Origin: Bacilli bacterium
Lineage (GTDB): Bacteria > Bacillota_I > Bacilli_A > RFN20 > CAG-826
Length of the DNA: 64,000 nucleotides
Direction: 5' to 3'
Assembly (NCBI GenBank): GCA_049419605.1
Contig: JBMSKF010000003.1
Coordinates: forward strand, 14,750-78,749
Part shown: positions 10,461-19,032 of the stretch, piece after piece
How positions within the stretch are numbered: position 1 is the stretch's first letter
How the letters are laid out: each line of letters starts with the position of its first letter
Position numbers and translations under genes: made by a program
Notes under the pieces: generated by a model
What the model saw: only the letters and a program-made list of their open reading frames with translations
What the model was told of the DNA's origin: nothing
Database searches by the model: none

Positions 10461-10948
10461 CCATCAATCTCAAACCTTTAGTTTTTGAACAAAGTAAGTT
10501 AGATGCCCATATCCAATCCCAGCATCAAGTCACCTATCAAAGTACGCGTGAAAAACGAATATTAGCGTTACTTGTTGAAGTGGGTGAAATGATTAATGAA
10601 ACAAAGACCTTTAAATTTTGGTCGAAGAAACCAAGTGCAGAAAAAGCAATTATCCTTGATGAATATGCTGATGGACTTCATTTTTTATTATCCTTAGGTA
10701 TTGAAGTGCAATCGCAAAAAATGAATTATGAAATTCATACCCCAACTGTCACGCTTACCCAAGCAACCATTTTGGTCTTTGAACAAATCACAGAGCTTTC
10801 TAAACACTGGCATGTTAAGCATTTAGAAAATGCATTTCAAGCTTATTTAAATTTGATGCCACTATTAGGTTTTAGTGCTGAAGATGTTGTTGAAGCCTAT
10901 TTCAAAAAGCTCGGTGTTAACTATACTAGACAACAAAATGCATATTAA
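10457..10948 (+). CDS. dimeric (all-alpha, dUTPase_2 family) dUTP diphosphatase-like protein
   Basis: About 163 aa and all-helical. Contains ALLVEVGEMINE...DEYADGLHFLLSLG, which resembles the dimeric dUTPase metal-binding motifs. ATG 10457 forms an ATGA overlap with the glgP stop; the track start is TTG 10436. Confidence 0.6.
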   Translation: MTINLKPLVFEQSKLDAHIQSQHQVTYQSTREKRILALLVEVGEMINETKTFKFWSKKPSAEKAIILDEYADGLHFLLSLGIEVQSQKMNYEIHTPTVTLTQATILVFEQITELSKHWHVKHLENAFQAYLNLMPLLGFSAEDVVEAYFKKLGVNYTRQQNAY

Positions 10949-10959
10949 GGGAGAATACA

Positions 10960-12048
10960 ATGAAAAAGACATGGTGGCCATTACTTAAAGATTTATCTGA
11001 ATTGAATGGTATTTCTGGATTTGAACATCAAGTTGCCGCTTATATCGAAAAACAAATTAAACCATACGTTGATGAAATTCAATATGATGGTTTAGGATCC
11101 TTGCTTGCGATTAAAAAAGGGAAGAATCCAAATTTAACTGTGATGCTTGCTGCTCATATGGATGAGGTTGGCTTTTTAGTTTCCCAAATTGAAGAATCGG
11201 GAATGATCCGCTTTTCTCCTGTTGGGGGCTGGTGGGGCCATGTTCTTCTTGCTCAAGTGATGGTGATCACCACTCGTGAAGGCCAAGTTTTCCATGGTGT
11301 GATTGGAGCAAAACCTCCTCATGGTATGAGTGCGGAAGCCCGTAATCGTGTATTAGACATCAAGGACATGTATTTGGATTTGGGTTTCAATTCAAAAAAA
11401 GAAGTGGAAGCTAAAGGTATTCGGATTGGGGATATGATTAATCCTAAAACCAATGCGATGATCATGAATGATTCAGATATTGTGATGGGAAAAGCGTGGG
11501 ATGACCGTGTTAGTTGTGCAGTGCTCATTGAATTAATGAAACGACTAAAAAATGTGCAAACAGAGGCGACTATTGTTGCAACTTTTACCGTTCAAGAAGA
11601 AGTAGGGTTAAGAGGAGCTAAAACGTCAACCTATCAAGTCAAACCAGATTTAGGTTTTGCGATTGATGTCACCTTATCGCATGACTTACCAGGCGCTCCA
11701 AAAATGGATACGCGTTTAGGTCAAGGGGTGGCTTTATCCATTCTGGATGCAAGTGTCATCGCCCATCGTGGATTGGTTGCCGATGTAGAAAAAGTCGCCA
11801 AAGATAATGAAATTCCTTTCACCTATGATGTGATGCCGGTTGGTGGAACGGATGCTGGGGAAATGCATAAAGCATTTGCTGGCGTTGTGGCGATGACGTT
11901 ATCCATTCCATGCCGTTATTATCATTCCCATACTTCCATGGTTCACCTTAAAGATGTGGAAATGACGACTCAATTATTAGAAAAATACTTATTACAATTT
12001 AACCATGAATCTTTAGTCGCACTTCACACCTCAAAGTTTAAAGCTTAG
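10960..12048 (+). CDS. M42 family aminopeptidase (YsdC/PepA/FrvX-like)
   Basis: 362 aa. AAHMDEVGF and WDDRVSC motifs, QEEVGLRGA. Confidence 0.85.
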   Translation: MKKTWWPLLKDLSELNGISGFEHQVAAYIEKQIKPYVDEIQYDGLGSLLAIKKGKNPNLTVMLAAHMDEVGFLVSQIEESGMIRFSPVGGWWGHVLLAQVMVITTREGQVFHGVIGAKPPHGMSAEARNRVLDIKDMYLDLGFNSKKEVEAKGIRIGDMINPKTNAMIMNDSDIVMGKAWDDRVSCAVLIELMKRLKNVQTEATIVATFTVQEEVGLRGAKTSTYQVKPDLGFAIDVTLSHDLPGAPKMDTRLGQGVALSILDASVIAHRGLVADVEKVAKDNEIPFTYDVMPVGGTDAGEMHKAFAGVVAMTLSIPCRYYHSHTSMVHLKDVEMTTQLLEKYLLQFNHESLVALHTSKFKA

Positions 12049-12050
12049 TT

Positions 12051-12680
12051 ATGATTGTCGTGATCCAAGATGTTGCCTATCCCGTGACGATTTTTTATCG
12101 TGCGAAAAGGCGCATGATTCTTAGATACAAAGAGGATGGCTTTCAAGTATCGGTACCCAAGCGAACGAGTGAAGATTGGATAGAAAAACAAATTCTCCTT
12201 CATGGCAAAAAACTACTCGAGAAAATCAAGAAAATACCCCAACCTTTCAATGATAAAGGTATGTATCTTTATGGGGCTTGGGAACATTATCCCATTCAAT
12301 TCAAAGGTTTTACCATTCAAAAACCACATCCTCAAGTTAAGGCGAATCCATACACAATGGAATTGAGGGTTTCATTTACTGAAGCCATTGGAGAACGTGT
12401 TCAATGGTGGCAACACAGGTTAAAAATTAAAACATCCTATCGAATTCGCGTACGAATCATGACAACTCGTCTTGGTTCTAATTCTAGAAAAACGCATACG
12501 TTAACCTTTGCGATGAAATTGATTCATTTCGCATGGCCAATTATAGATGCGGTTATCGTTCATGAATTAATCCATGACACTCATTTTGATCATTCAAAAA
12601 AATTTTATAGTGCTCTTTATCAAGCTTATCCAACTTACGAGCAAGAACATGCTAAAATTTTAAAAGGTCAATATCAATGA
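12051..12680 (+). CDS. YgjP-like metal-dependent hydrolase (DUF45, HExxH)
   Basis: 209 aa. Motif VIVHELIHDTHFDHSKKFY near the C-terminus. Confidence 0.75.
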   Translation: MIVVIQDVAYPVTIFYRAKRRMILRYKEDGFQVSVPKRTSEDWIEKQILLHGKKLLEKIKKIPQPFNDKGMYLYGAWEHYPIQFKGFTIQKPHPQVKANPYTMELRVSFTEAIGERVQWWQHRLKIKTSYRIRVRIMTTRLGSNSRKTHTLTFAMKLIHFAWPIIDAVIVHELIHDTHFDHSKKFYSALYQAYPTYEQEHAKILKGQYQ

Positions 12681-13426
12681 ATACTTTCAAAAGCTTACAA
12701 GATGCTCATATTAAAAAATTAAGACTTCTAAAAGACCAAGATGGACCCTTTGAATCAACCCACTTTTTAGTCGAAGGGCAGCACCTTGTCGATCATGCTC
12801 TAAAAGCGGGTGTATTGGAGTCCGTGTATACCCTTGACCCTCGCTCATTTCCGTCTACTGTCAAAGTATTTGTTTGTGAAGCCCATGTCTTAAATGCGCT
12901 TTCCCATCAAAAATCACCTCAAGGAATCATTGGTTTATGTCGAAAAATCAAAAGCAATGTACCGATAGGATCTACCCTAGTGTACCTTGATCAAATCAAT
13001 GATCCAGGCAATGTTGGAACGATTTTACGAACCAGTTTAGGGTTGGGATTTACCACGGTTATTTTTTCTCCTAAAACTGCGAACCGATATCATCCTAAAG
13101 TGATTGCCTCTTCTCAAGGCGCTTTATTTGGTTTAAATATATTGGAAGATTCCGAGGATGGAAAGTTATTGAAACAATATCAGCAAGAAGGATTTCATGT
13201 GGTTGCTACGACCTTATCACCCAAAGCAATACCCCTAGACCAATATCGATTTAAAGATAAAAATCTATTAATCTTGGGAAATGAATCTCATGGTGTCCGT
13301 CCAACCCTTGTTGCGTTTGCAAATGGCGAAGTAACCATTCCGATGAAACAGATTGACTCCTTAAATGTGGCAGTTGCTTTTGCAATCATTGCCTATCGAT
13401 GTGCACAATATAAACCAGCTGCGTGA
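12677..13426 (+). CDS. TrmH/SpoU family RNA 2'-O-methyltransferase (YsgA-like)
   Basis: 249 aa. SPOUT motifs DPGNVGTILRT, LILGNESHGV, SLNVAVAFAI. Lies upstream of pheST, as ysgA does in B. subtilis. ATGA overlap with the preceding gene. Confidence 0.85.
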   Translation: MNTFKSLQDAHIKKLRLLKDQDGPFESTHFLVEGQHLVDHALKAGVLESVYTLDPRSFPSTVKVFVCEAHVLNALSHQKSPQGIIGLCRKIKSNVPIGSTLVYLDQINDPGNVGTILRTSLGLGFTTVIFSPKTANRYHPKVIASSQGALFGLNILEDSEDGKLLKQYQQEGFHVVATTLSPKAIPLDQYRFKDKNLLILGNESHGVRPTLVAFANGEVTIPMKQIDSLNVAVAFAIIAYRCAQYKPAA

Positions 13427-13439
13427 TATAATAAATTCG

Positions 13440-13619
13440 TTAAGGAAAGTTCAGTAGAGTCGCGTTTAGGGATGAGTGAAGAGTGAAACCACTCAAACGA
13501 CTTAAAATTCAATTTCAAAAAAACTTAACCGTCAATGGCGTTAACATTCAATTAAGTGCGGTCAAACGAAAAAGGATGGTACCACGGCTTCGGTCGTTCC
13601 TTACGGGTGACTTTTTTTA
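13440..13619 (+). promoter_or_regulatory. T-box leader (Phe specifier UUC) controlling pheST
   Basis: Extended -10 TGaTATAAT at 13424..13432. Conserved T-box core AAAGGATGGTACCACGG at 13571..13587. UUC-A candidates at 13508..13511 and 13514..13517. Hairpin plus U-run at 13593..13618 just before the pheS SD AAGGAGGA. Confidence 0.8.
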
Positions 13620-13637
13620 TTTAAGGAGGATCAATGC

Positions 13638-14669
13638 ATGATCGAACATATCCAGTCCATTCTTGAAAAAGGTTTAAAGGCGATTGATCAAGCGCAAGAT
13701 TTAACCCAATTACAAGAAGTAAAAAATCAATATCTTGCCAAAAAATCAGAATTGATGGGCATTTTTTCTCAACTCAAAGATTTAGATGCAGAAAAGAAAA
13801 AACAAGTAGGTCAATGGATCAATAATGCTAGAGATCAACTCACCGCTTCATTAGAAACAAAACAAAAAAATCTTGAACAAATGGTCATGCAAGCGAAGTT
13901 AAAAGAAGAAGTTATCGATATTACTCAACCTTCCCAAACTGCCTATCAAGGTTCGGTCAATCCTTTTTATTTAATTGAACAAACGATCACCGATATCTTT
14001 GTCAGTATGGGATATCAAGTTGCAGAAGGTCCGGAAATTGAATCCGATCACTTCAATTTTGAACTATTAAATATTCCTAAAGATCACCCTGCTCGAGAAA
14101 TGCAAGATTCATTGTATTTTGATGACAACACTCTTTTAAGAACCCACACTTCACCCGTTCAAGCAAGAGTGATGCAAGCATCGAAAGGTCAACCAATCCA
14201 AGTGATTTGTCCAGGAAAAGTTTATCGACGAGATGAAGATGATGCGACCCACTCGCACCAATTTGGTCAAGTTGAAGGTCTAGTGGTGGCGGAAGGGATC
14301 AACCTTGGCCACCTCAAACAAACCCTTCAAGCTTTCGCAAAAAAAATGTTTGGAGATAAAAGAGAAATTCGTTTACGACCAAGTTTCTTTCCATTTACTG
14401 AACCGAGCGTAGAAATTGATGTAAGTTGCTTTGAATGTGGTGGTAAAGGATGTAATCTTTGTAAGCATTCGGGTTGGATTGAAATTTTAGGGGGTGGCAT
14501 GGTGCACCCCAAAGTCTTATCCATGAATGGATATGATGCATCAAAAATGACTGGCTTCGCATTTGGAATTGGCATAGAACGCGTGGCAATGTTGAGATTT
14601 GGCATTGATGATATTCGCCGTTTTTACCAAAATGACCTACGTTTTATTCAACAATTTAATCGAAAGTAA
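13638..14669 (+). CDS. pheS: phenylalanine--tRNA ligase alpha subunit
   Basis: 343 aa. Class II motifs including FPFTEPSVE and GFAFGIGIERV. Confidence 0.95.
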   Translation: MIEHIQSILEKGLKAIDQAQDLTQLQEVKNQYLAKKSELMGIFSQLKDLDAEKKKQVGQWINNARDQLTASLETKQKNLEQMVMQAKLKEEVIDITQPSQTAYQGSVNPFYLIEQTITDIFVSMGYQVAEGPEIESDHFNFELLNIPKDHPAREMQDSLYFDDNTLLRTHTSPVQARVMQASKGQPIQVICPGKVYRRDEDDATHSHQFGQVEGLVVAEGINLGHLKQTLQAFAKKMFGDKREIRLRPSFFPFTEPSVEIDVSCFECGGKGCNLCKHSGWIEILGGGMVHPKVLSMNGYDASKMTGFAFGIGIERVAMLRFGIDDIRRFYQNDLRFIQQFNRK

Positions 14670-14683
14670 GGAGGCAAGGAATC

Positions 14684-17080
14684 ATGAAATTTTCATATCA
14701 ATGGCTTTCAACTCTTGTTGACCTACGTAACATAACGCCTCAACAAGTTGCGCAGGCTCTTAATCAATCCGGCATTGAAGTGGAATCCGTCAATCCGATG
14801 GTCAATGCTAAAGGCATTACCACCGGTTTTGTGCAATCGCGCTCCATGATTGAAGGTAGTGACCACTTATCAAAAGTCGTCGTTGATACAGGTCGACATG
14901 GTGTAAGAACCATCGTATGTGGGGCTGATAACATACGACAAGGTCAATATGTTTTAGTTGCACTACCAGGTGCAGTATTACCCAACATAACCATTCAATC
15001 TTCCACGATCAAAGGGGTTGCTTCTGAAGGGATGGTTTGCTCTTTATTAGAGCTTGGTGTTGATCAAAAATTTTTACGACCTGAGCAAATTGAAGGTATT
15101 GAAGTCCTTGGACCAGAAACCAAAGTTGGCAATGATTTCATTTTATATGAACTCGGCTTAACCGATACAATCATTGATTTAAAACTCTTAGCGAATCGCC
15201 CGGATTTATGGTCATTGCAAGGCATTGCCTATGAAGTGGCTGCTTTATTAAATCGCCCACTCATCGTCAAGGAAATCAAAAAAGAAGGTGAGTTGTTAAA
15301 ATCTACTTTTGAAATTGATGTCCAAACCAACCAAACATCACAATTTTCAATTCGTGTGGTGGAGGGTATTCAACAAACTGTAACGCCAAGGTGGATGAAG
15401 CAATATTTAATGGGGAGTGGCATTCGCCCGATTTCTTTTTTAGTTGATATTGGCAATTACATCATGTTGTTAACAGGGCAACCGCTCCATATGTATGATT
15501 TAAAAAAATTACCTTCAAAAGCGTTAACGTTAACGGATCAACATCATGAAAAGTTTGTTGCCTTAGACGGTCACGAATACGATTTAAAACCCGGGGACAT
15601 CGTCATTAAAAGTGCTAATGAAGTTATGTGCTTAGCTGGCGTGATGGGAGCCCAAGTTTGTGCAGTCGATTCTAACACAACAGATATTGCCATTGAAGCT
15701 GCTACTTTTGATCCTGCAACTATTCGTAAAACAGCGTTAAGATTGAATCTTCTTTCCGATGCTTCTATTCGTTTTGCAAAAGGAATTGATTTATCTCATT
15801 TTGATAGTGTTCTTCAATTAACAACCTCTCTGATTACTTCATTAACTTCGGTAAAAAAAGTTTATCAAACCGTGACGAAGCATCGAGTAAAACCTCTTCA
15901 AGCCAATATTTATTGGCAAGCAAAAAATATCAATGATTTACTGAATACCCAGTTCACCGATGCTGAAATTATGGATGCACTCAAGCGATTCCATATTGAA
16001 TCAATTCAAGACGGAAATGGTTATTTAGCAAAGATACCTCGTCATCGTCAAGATATTCAAGGGGTTGCTGACTTGGCAGAAGAAGTCATTCGATTATTAG
16101 GTTTTGATCGAATTCAAACTTCGCCGATGCCTCTACACATTCAGGCGGGAGGTTTAAGTGAAAAACAAGAAAAAGTGAGACTCATCAAGCGATATTTATC
16201 GAGCCAAGGAATGGATGAGACATTGAATTACACTTTAGTGGATTCTCAAAGGCTTCATCAATTCAATTTGCTTCAACCAGTTGAACCGATGATGCTCAAA
16301 AATCCTTTATCCGAAGAACGTAAATTCGTTCGTACCGATGTGATCGGGTCTTTGGTTCAAGTCGTTCAATATAATATGGCAAGACAAGTCGCCACTGGTA
16401 AAATTTTTGAAATATCTCAAATTTCTCATCGCCAAGGACAAAACTTACAATTAGGATTGATGGTGTTTGGTGAATACAGTCATCGTTCGGCTTTAGCGCC
16501 AACGGCTTATACTTTTTATGATGTTAAAGGGTATGTTGAAGGTTTATTAGCCATATTAAATATTGAATCATCCCGATATCAATTTGTGATTGATCAACAA
16601 ATCCATCCAACCCTCCACCCTGGACGGAGTGCTAGTTTAATGGTGCAAAATCAAAAAGTAGCGGTCCTAGGCCAACTCCTTCCCGATCTACAAAAATCTC
16701 TCGATTTAGGCAAAGCTCCTGTTTACATGGCTCAAATCAACCTTGATGCCTTGCTTGATTTAAAAACAAGTCCGATCAAATTTAAATCCATTGCACGATT
16801 CCCCAGTGTCACTAGAGACCTTGCATTCTATATTGCGGAGACCGTTCCGTTTCAACAAATCGTTAAAACGGTGAAAAAAGCTGGAAAAAAATTAGTTGAT
16901 CAAGTGATGCTTTTCGATCTTTATCAGGGTCATCAATTACCGAAGGGGCAATTATCCATGGCCATCCGGATCGTCTTGATGGATGAACAAAAAACTTTGC
17001 AAGAAGAAGAAATAAATCAAACGATGGCAGCAATTAAATCAGCGTTGGTTCTGGAATGTCAAATTAGCTTAAGAAGTTAA
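14684..17080 (+). CDS. pheT: phenylalanine--tRNA ligase beta subunit
   Basis: 798 aa. N-terminal tRNA-binding domain, B3/4 and B5 domains, and C-terminal FDX-ACB-like domain. Confidence 0.95.
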   Translation: MKFSYQWLSTLVDLRNITPQQVAQALNQSGIEVESVNPMVNAKGITTGFVQSRSMIEGSDHLSKVVVDTGRHGVRTIVCGADNIRQGQYVLVALPGAVLPNITIQSSTIKGVASEGMVCSLLELGVDQKFLRPEQIEGIEVLGPETKVGNDFILYELGLTDTIIDLKLLANRPDLWSLQGIAYEVAALLNRPLIVKEIKKEGELLKSTFEIDVQTNQTSQFSIRVVEGIQQTVTPRWMKQYLMGSGIRPISFLVDIGNYIMLLTGQPLHMYDLKKLPSKALTLTDQHHEKFVALDGHEYDLKPGDIVIKSANEVMCLAGVMGAQVCAVDSNTTDIAIEAATFDPATIRKTALRLNLLSDASIRFAKGIDLSHFDSVLQLTTSLITSLTSVKKVYQTVTKHRVKPLQANIYWQAKNINDLLNTQFTDAEIMDALKRFHIESIQDGNGYLAKIPRHRQDIQGVADLAEEVIRLLGFDRIQTSPMPLHIQAGGLSEKQEKVRLIKRYLSSQGMDETLNYTLVDSQRLHQFNLLQPVEPMMLKNPLSEERKFVRTDVIGSLVQVVQYNMARQVATGKIFEISQISHRQGQNLQLGLMVFGEYSHRSALAPTAYTFYDVKGYVEGLLAILNIESSRYQFVIDQQIHPTLHPGRSASLMVQNQKVAVLGQLLPDLQKSLDLGKAPVYMAQINLDALLDLKTSPIKFKSIARFPSVTRDLAFYIAETVPFQQIVKTVKKAGKKLVDQVMLFDLYQGHQLPKGQLSMAIRIVLMDEQKTLQEEEINQTMAAIKSALVLECQISLRS

Positions 17081-17103
17081 TCACTTTTTCATTTTCTATC
17101 TAC

Positions 17104-17139
17104 AAAGCAAACTGTGTAAAAATAGTTTGCTTTTTTTTT
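17104..17139 (+). terminator. rho-independent terminator after pheT
   Basis: 10-bp stem AAAGCAAACT/AGTTTGCTTT (17104..17113 and 17124..17133) followed by a T-run to 17139. Confidence 0.8.
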
Positions 17140-17160
17140 GAACCTCTCTATAATAAAAGC

Positions 17161-17180
17161 ATAGTGGGAGAAAGTGGGAT
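17161..17180 (+). promoter_or_regulatory. candidate MraZ operator (direct repeats) downstream of the mraZ -10
   Basis: ATAGTGG-gag-AAAGTGG with 10-bp periodicity (GTGGGA at 17165..17170 and 17175..17180), 7 nt downstream of TATAAT 17149..17154. Confidence 0.5.
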
Positions 17181-17182
17181 AA

Positions 17183-17608
17183 ATGTTTTTTGGAAGTTAT
17201 CAATACACATTAGACGATAAAGGAAGACTCGTGATTCCTTCAAAAATGCGATCGGAATCGGGTCCCGTGTTGTTTGCAATGCGCGGATTTGAGCATTGTA
17301 TTTCTTTATTTACCCAACAAACGTTTGCCCAGCTTGTCCAACAAGTTAACACGTATGATTTCAATCAACCCAATGTTCGCCAATATTTAAGAACTGCATT
17401 GGCATCCGTTATTGAACTTCCAATTGATGATCATGGACGGATCCAATTACCACAAGAAACTCTTAAGCAATTTCAATTAGAGAAAAATGTCAAAATCATC
17501 GGCATGAATGATCATATTGAATTATGGAATGTTGTAACGTGGGAAAAATATGAAGCTGAAGCTGCATCTCAATTTGAAGAACATGCGTCCCATTTAAGTA
17601 AAAAATGA
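17183..17608 (+). CDS. mraZ: transcriptional regulator MraZ
   Basis: 141 aa. MFFGSYQYTLDDKGRLVIPSK and a second DDHGRIQLP repeat. Confidence 0.93.
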   Translation: MFFGSYQYTLDDKGRLVIPSKMRSESGPVLFAMRGFEHCISLFTQQTFAQLVQQVNTYDFNQPNVRQYLRTALASVIELPIDDHGRIQLPQETLKQFQLEKNVKIIGMNDHIELWNVVTWEKYEAEAASQFEEHASHLSKK

Positions 17609-18543
17609 ATGACCATCAACCAGTATTATTGACCGAAGTCATCGAAGGACTTCACATACAACCCAATGGAATCTATCTAGATTTAACGATAGGGAGAGGA
17701 GGACATGCTAGTCAAATTTATGAAAAACTAAAGACGGGCCACTTAATTGGTTTTGATCAAGATGCGTCTGCGATTGCGAGTTTACAAAATTGGTTATCAA
17801 GTCGCTCCCGAGCAAGTTTATACCATATGAATTTCCAATATTTTCCCGAAGTAATGAGCAAGTTAGGCATTCAAAAAGTCGATGGTATTTTAATGGATTT
17901 AGGCGTATCAAGTCCTCAGTTTGATGTTCCAGAAAGAGGGTTTAGTTATCGATTCGATGGGCCTCTTGATATGAGAATGGATCAACGGCAATCGACAACA
18001 GCGGCGAGTATTCTAGCGACAGCTGATATTAAAACTTTAACGCAATACTTTAGAGAATATGCTGATGAAACCTTCGCATTTCCAATTGCGAAAGCGATTG
18101 TGAACCAACGTGTCAATCAACCCTTAAAGACCACGTTTGAGCTCGTGAATTTGATTAAGAAAGTGAAGCCTGCCAAAGCGCTTGCTAAAAAAGGTCATCC
18201 TGCAAAACAAGTCTTTCAAGCCTTGAGAATGGCTGTAAATCAAGAAGTAGAGGTCCTGAATCGTGTCCTTGAAGCTGCAGTATCTTATCTAGGAATCCAT
18301 GGTCGACTCGCTGTCATTAGTTTCCATTCGGGAGAAGATCGTATCGTGAAGCAATACTTTCAAAAGTTAACGGTTAGCCAAGGTCAAAGATACGGTCCTG
18401 AACGTTACATGCCGATCCCTTCAATTCAATTTGAAAAAGTTAAGCCTTATCCAATCTTACCTTCCGAGAAAGAAATTAAAGACAATCATCGTTCTGAGAG
18501 TGCCGTTTTAAGAATTATAGAAAGGATTATTGATGAAAAGTAA
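17605..18543 (+). CDS. rsmH: 16S rRNA (cytosine1402-N4)-methyltransferase RsmH
   Basis: 312 aa. HQPVLLTEV, DLTIGRGGHA, DLGVSSPQFD. ATGA overlap with mraZ. Confidence 0.93.
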   Translation: MNDHQPVLLTEVIEGLHIQPNGIYLDLTIGRGGHASQIYEKLKTGHLIGFDQDASAIASLQNWLSSRSRASLYHMNFQYFPEVMSKLGIQKVDGILMDLGVSSPQFDVPERGFSYRFDGPLDMRMDQRQSTTAASILATADIKTLTQYFREYADETFAFPIAKAIVNQRVNQPLKTTFELVNLIKKVKPAKALAKKGHPAKQVFQALRMAVNQEVEVLNRVLEAAVSYLGIHGRLAVISFHSGEDRIVKQYFQKLTVSQGQRYGPERYMPIPSIQFEKVKPYPILPSEKEIKDNHRSESAVLRIIERIIDEK

Positions 18544-18835
18544 GCTCTATAAAACACATCGAAAAGCATCTTATTATCGCTTACGGCGATTAGGTTATTT
18601 TTCGATGTCTTTAATGGTAGCAACCATTATTGTGGTAGTGCCGCTGACGTTAGCACAAGCGAGCACAACCTCCGGTAATAACGAACCATCGAGTTTGATC
18701 ATCATTGATTCATCATCCTCCAGTGAAGACACGAATTCATCAGAAGCAGTTTCATCTGAAGTAACAGAAGAAATAGAAGTCACGATAGGTGGTACAGATG
18801 GAAATACTAAAACTATCCGAATCTATCAGGATTAA
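18533..18835 (+). CDS. hypothetical bitopic membrane protein: basic N-terminus, 1 TM, acidic Ser-rich ectodomain
   Basis: About 100 aa: MKSKLYKTHRKASYYRLRRLGYFSMSLMVATIIVVVPLTL...SSSSSEDTNSSEAVSSEV. Occupies the ftsL slot of the dcw cluster. ATG 18533 overlaps the rsmH end. Confidence 0.55.
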   Translation: MKSKLYKTHRKASYYRLRRLGYFSMSLMVATIIVVVPLTLAQASTTSGNNEPSSLIIIDSSSSSEDTNSSEAVSSEVTEEIEVTIGGTDGNTKTIRIYQD

Positions 18836-18847
18836 AAGGAGAATTGT

Positions 18848-19024
18848 ATGGATACAATTTCGTTACAAAACACAAAAACTTTAGAGAAAGTTTTTACGAA
18901 TGAACTACAACAAAGGAAAGTCATTTTTCAGCATCGTAGAAATATGCTTTGGAGTGTCTTTTTTATTTCTACGATTATCTTAATGGTGTACATCTTCACT
19001 CCATTATTTACCATCATTCAATAA
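18848..19024 (+). CDS. 58-aa tail-anchored small membrane protein (below the ORF-track cutoff)
   Basis: Hand translation: MDTISLQNTKTLEKVFTNELQQRKVIFQHRRNMLWSVFFISTIILMVYIFTPLFTIIQ*. SD AGGAG lies 6 nt upstream. The ORF ends 8 nt before the ftsA ATG. Confidence 0.6.
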   Translation: MDTISLQNTKTLEKVFTNELQQRKVIFQHRRNMLWSVFFISTIILMVYIFTPLFTIIQ

Positions 19025-19032
19025 AGGAAAAT

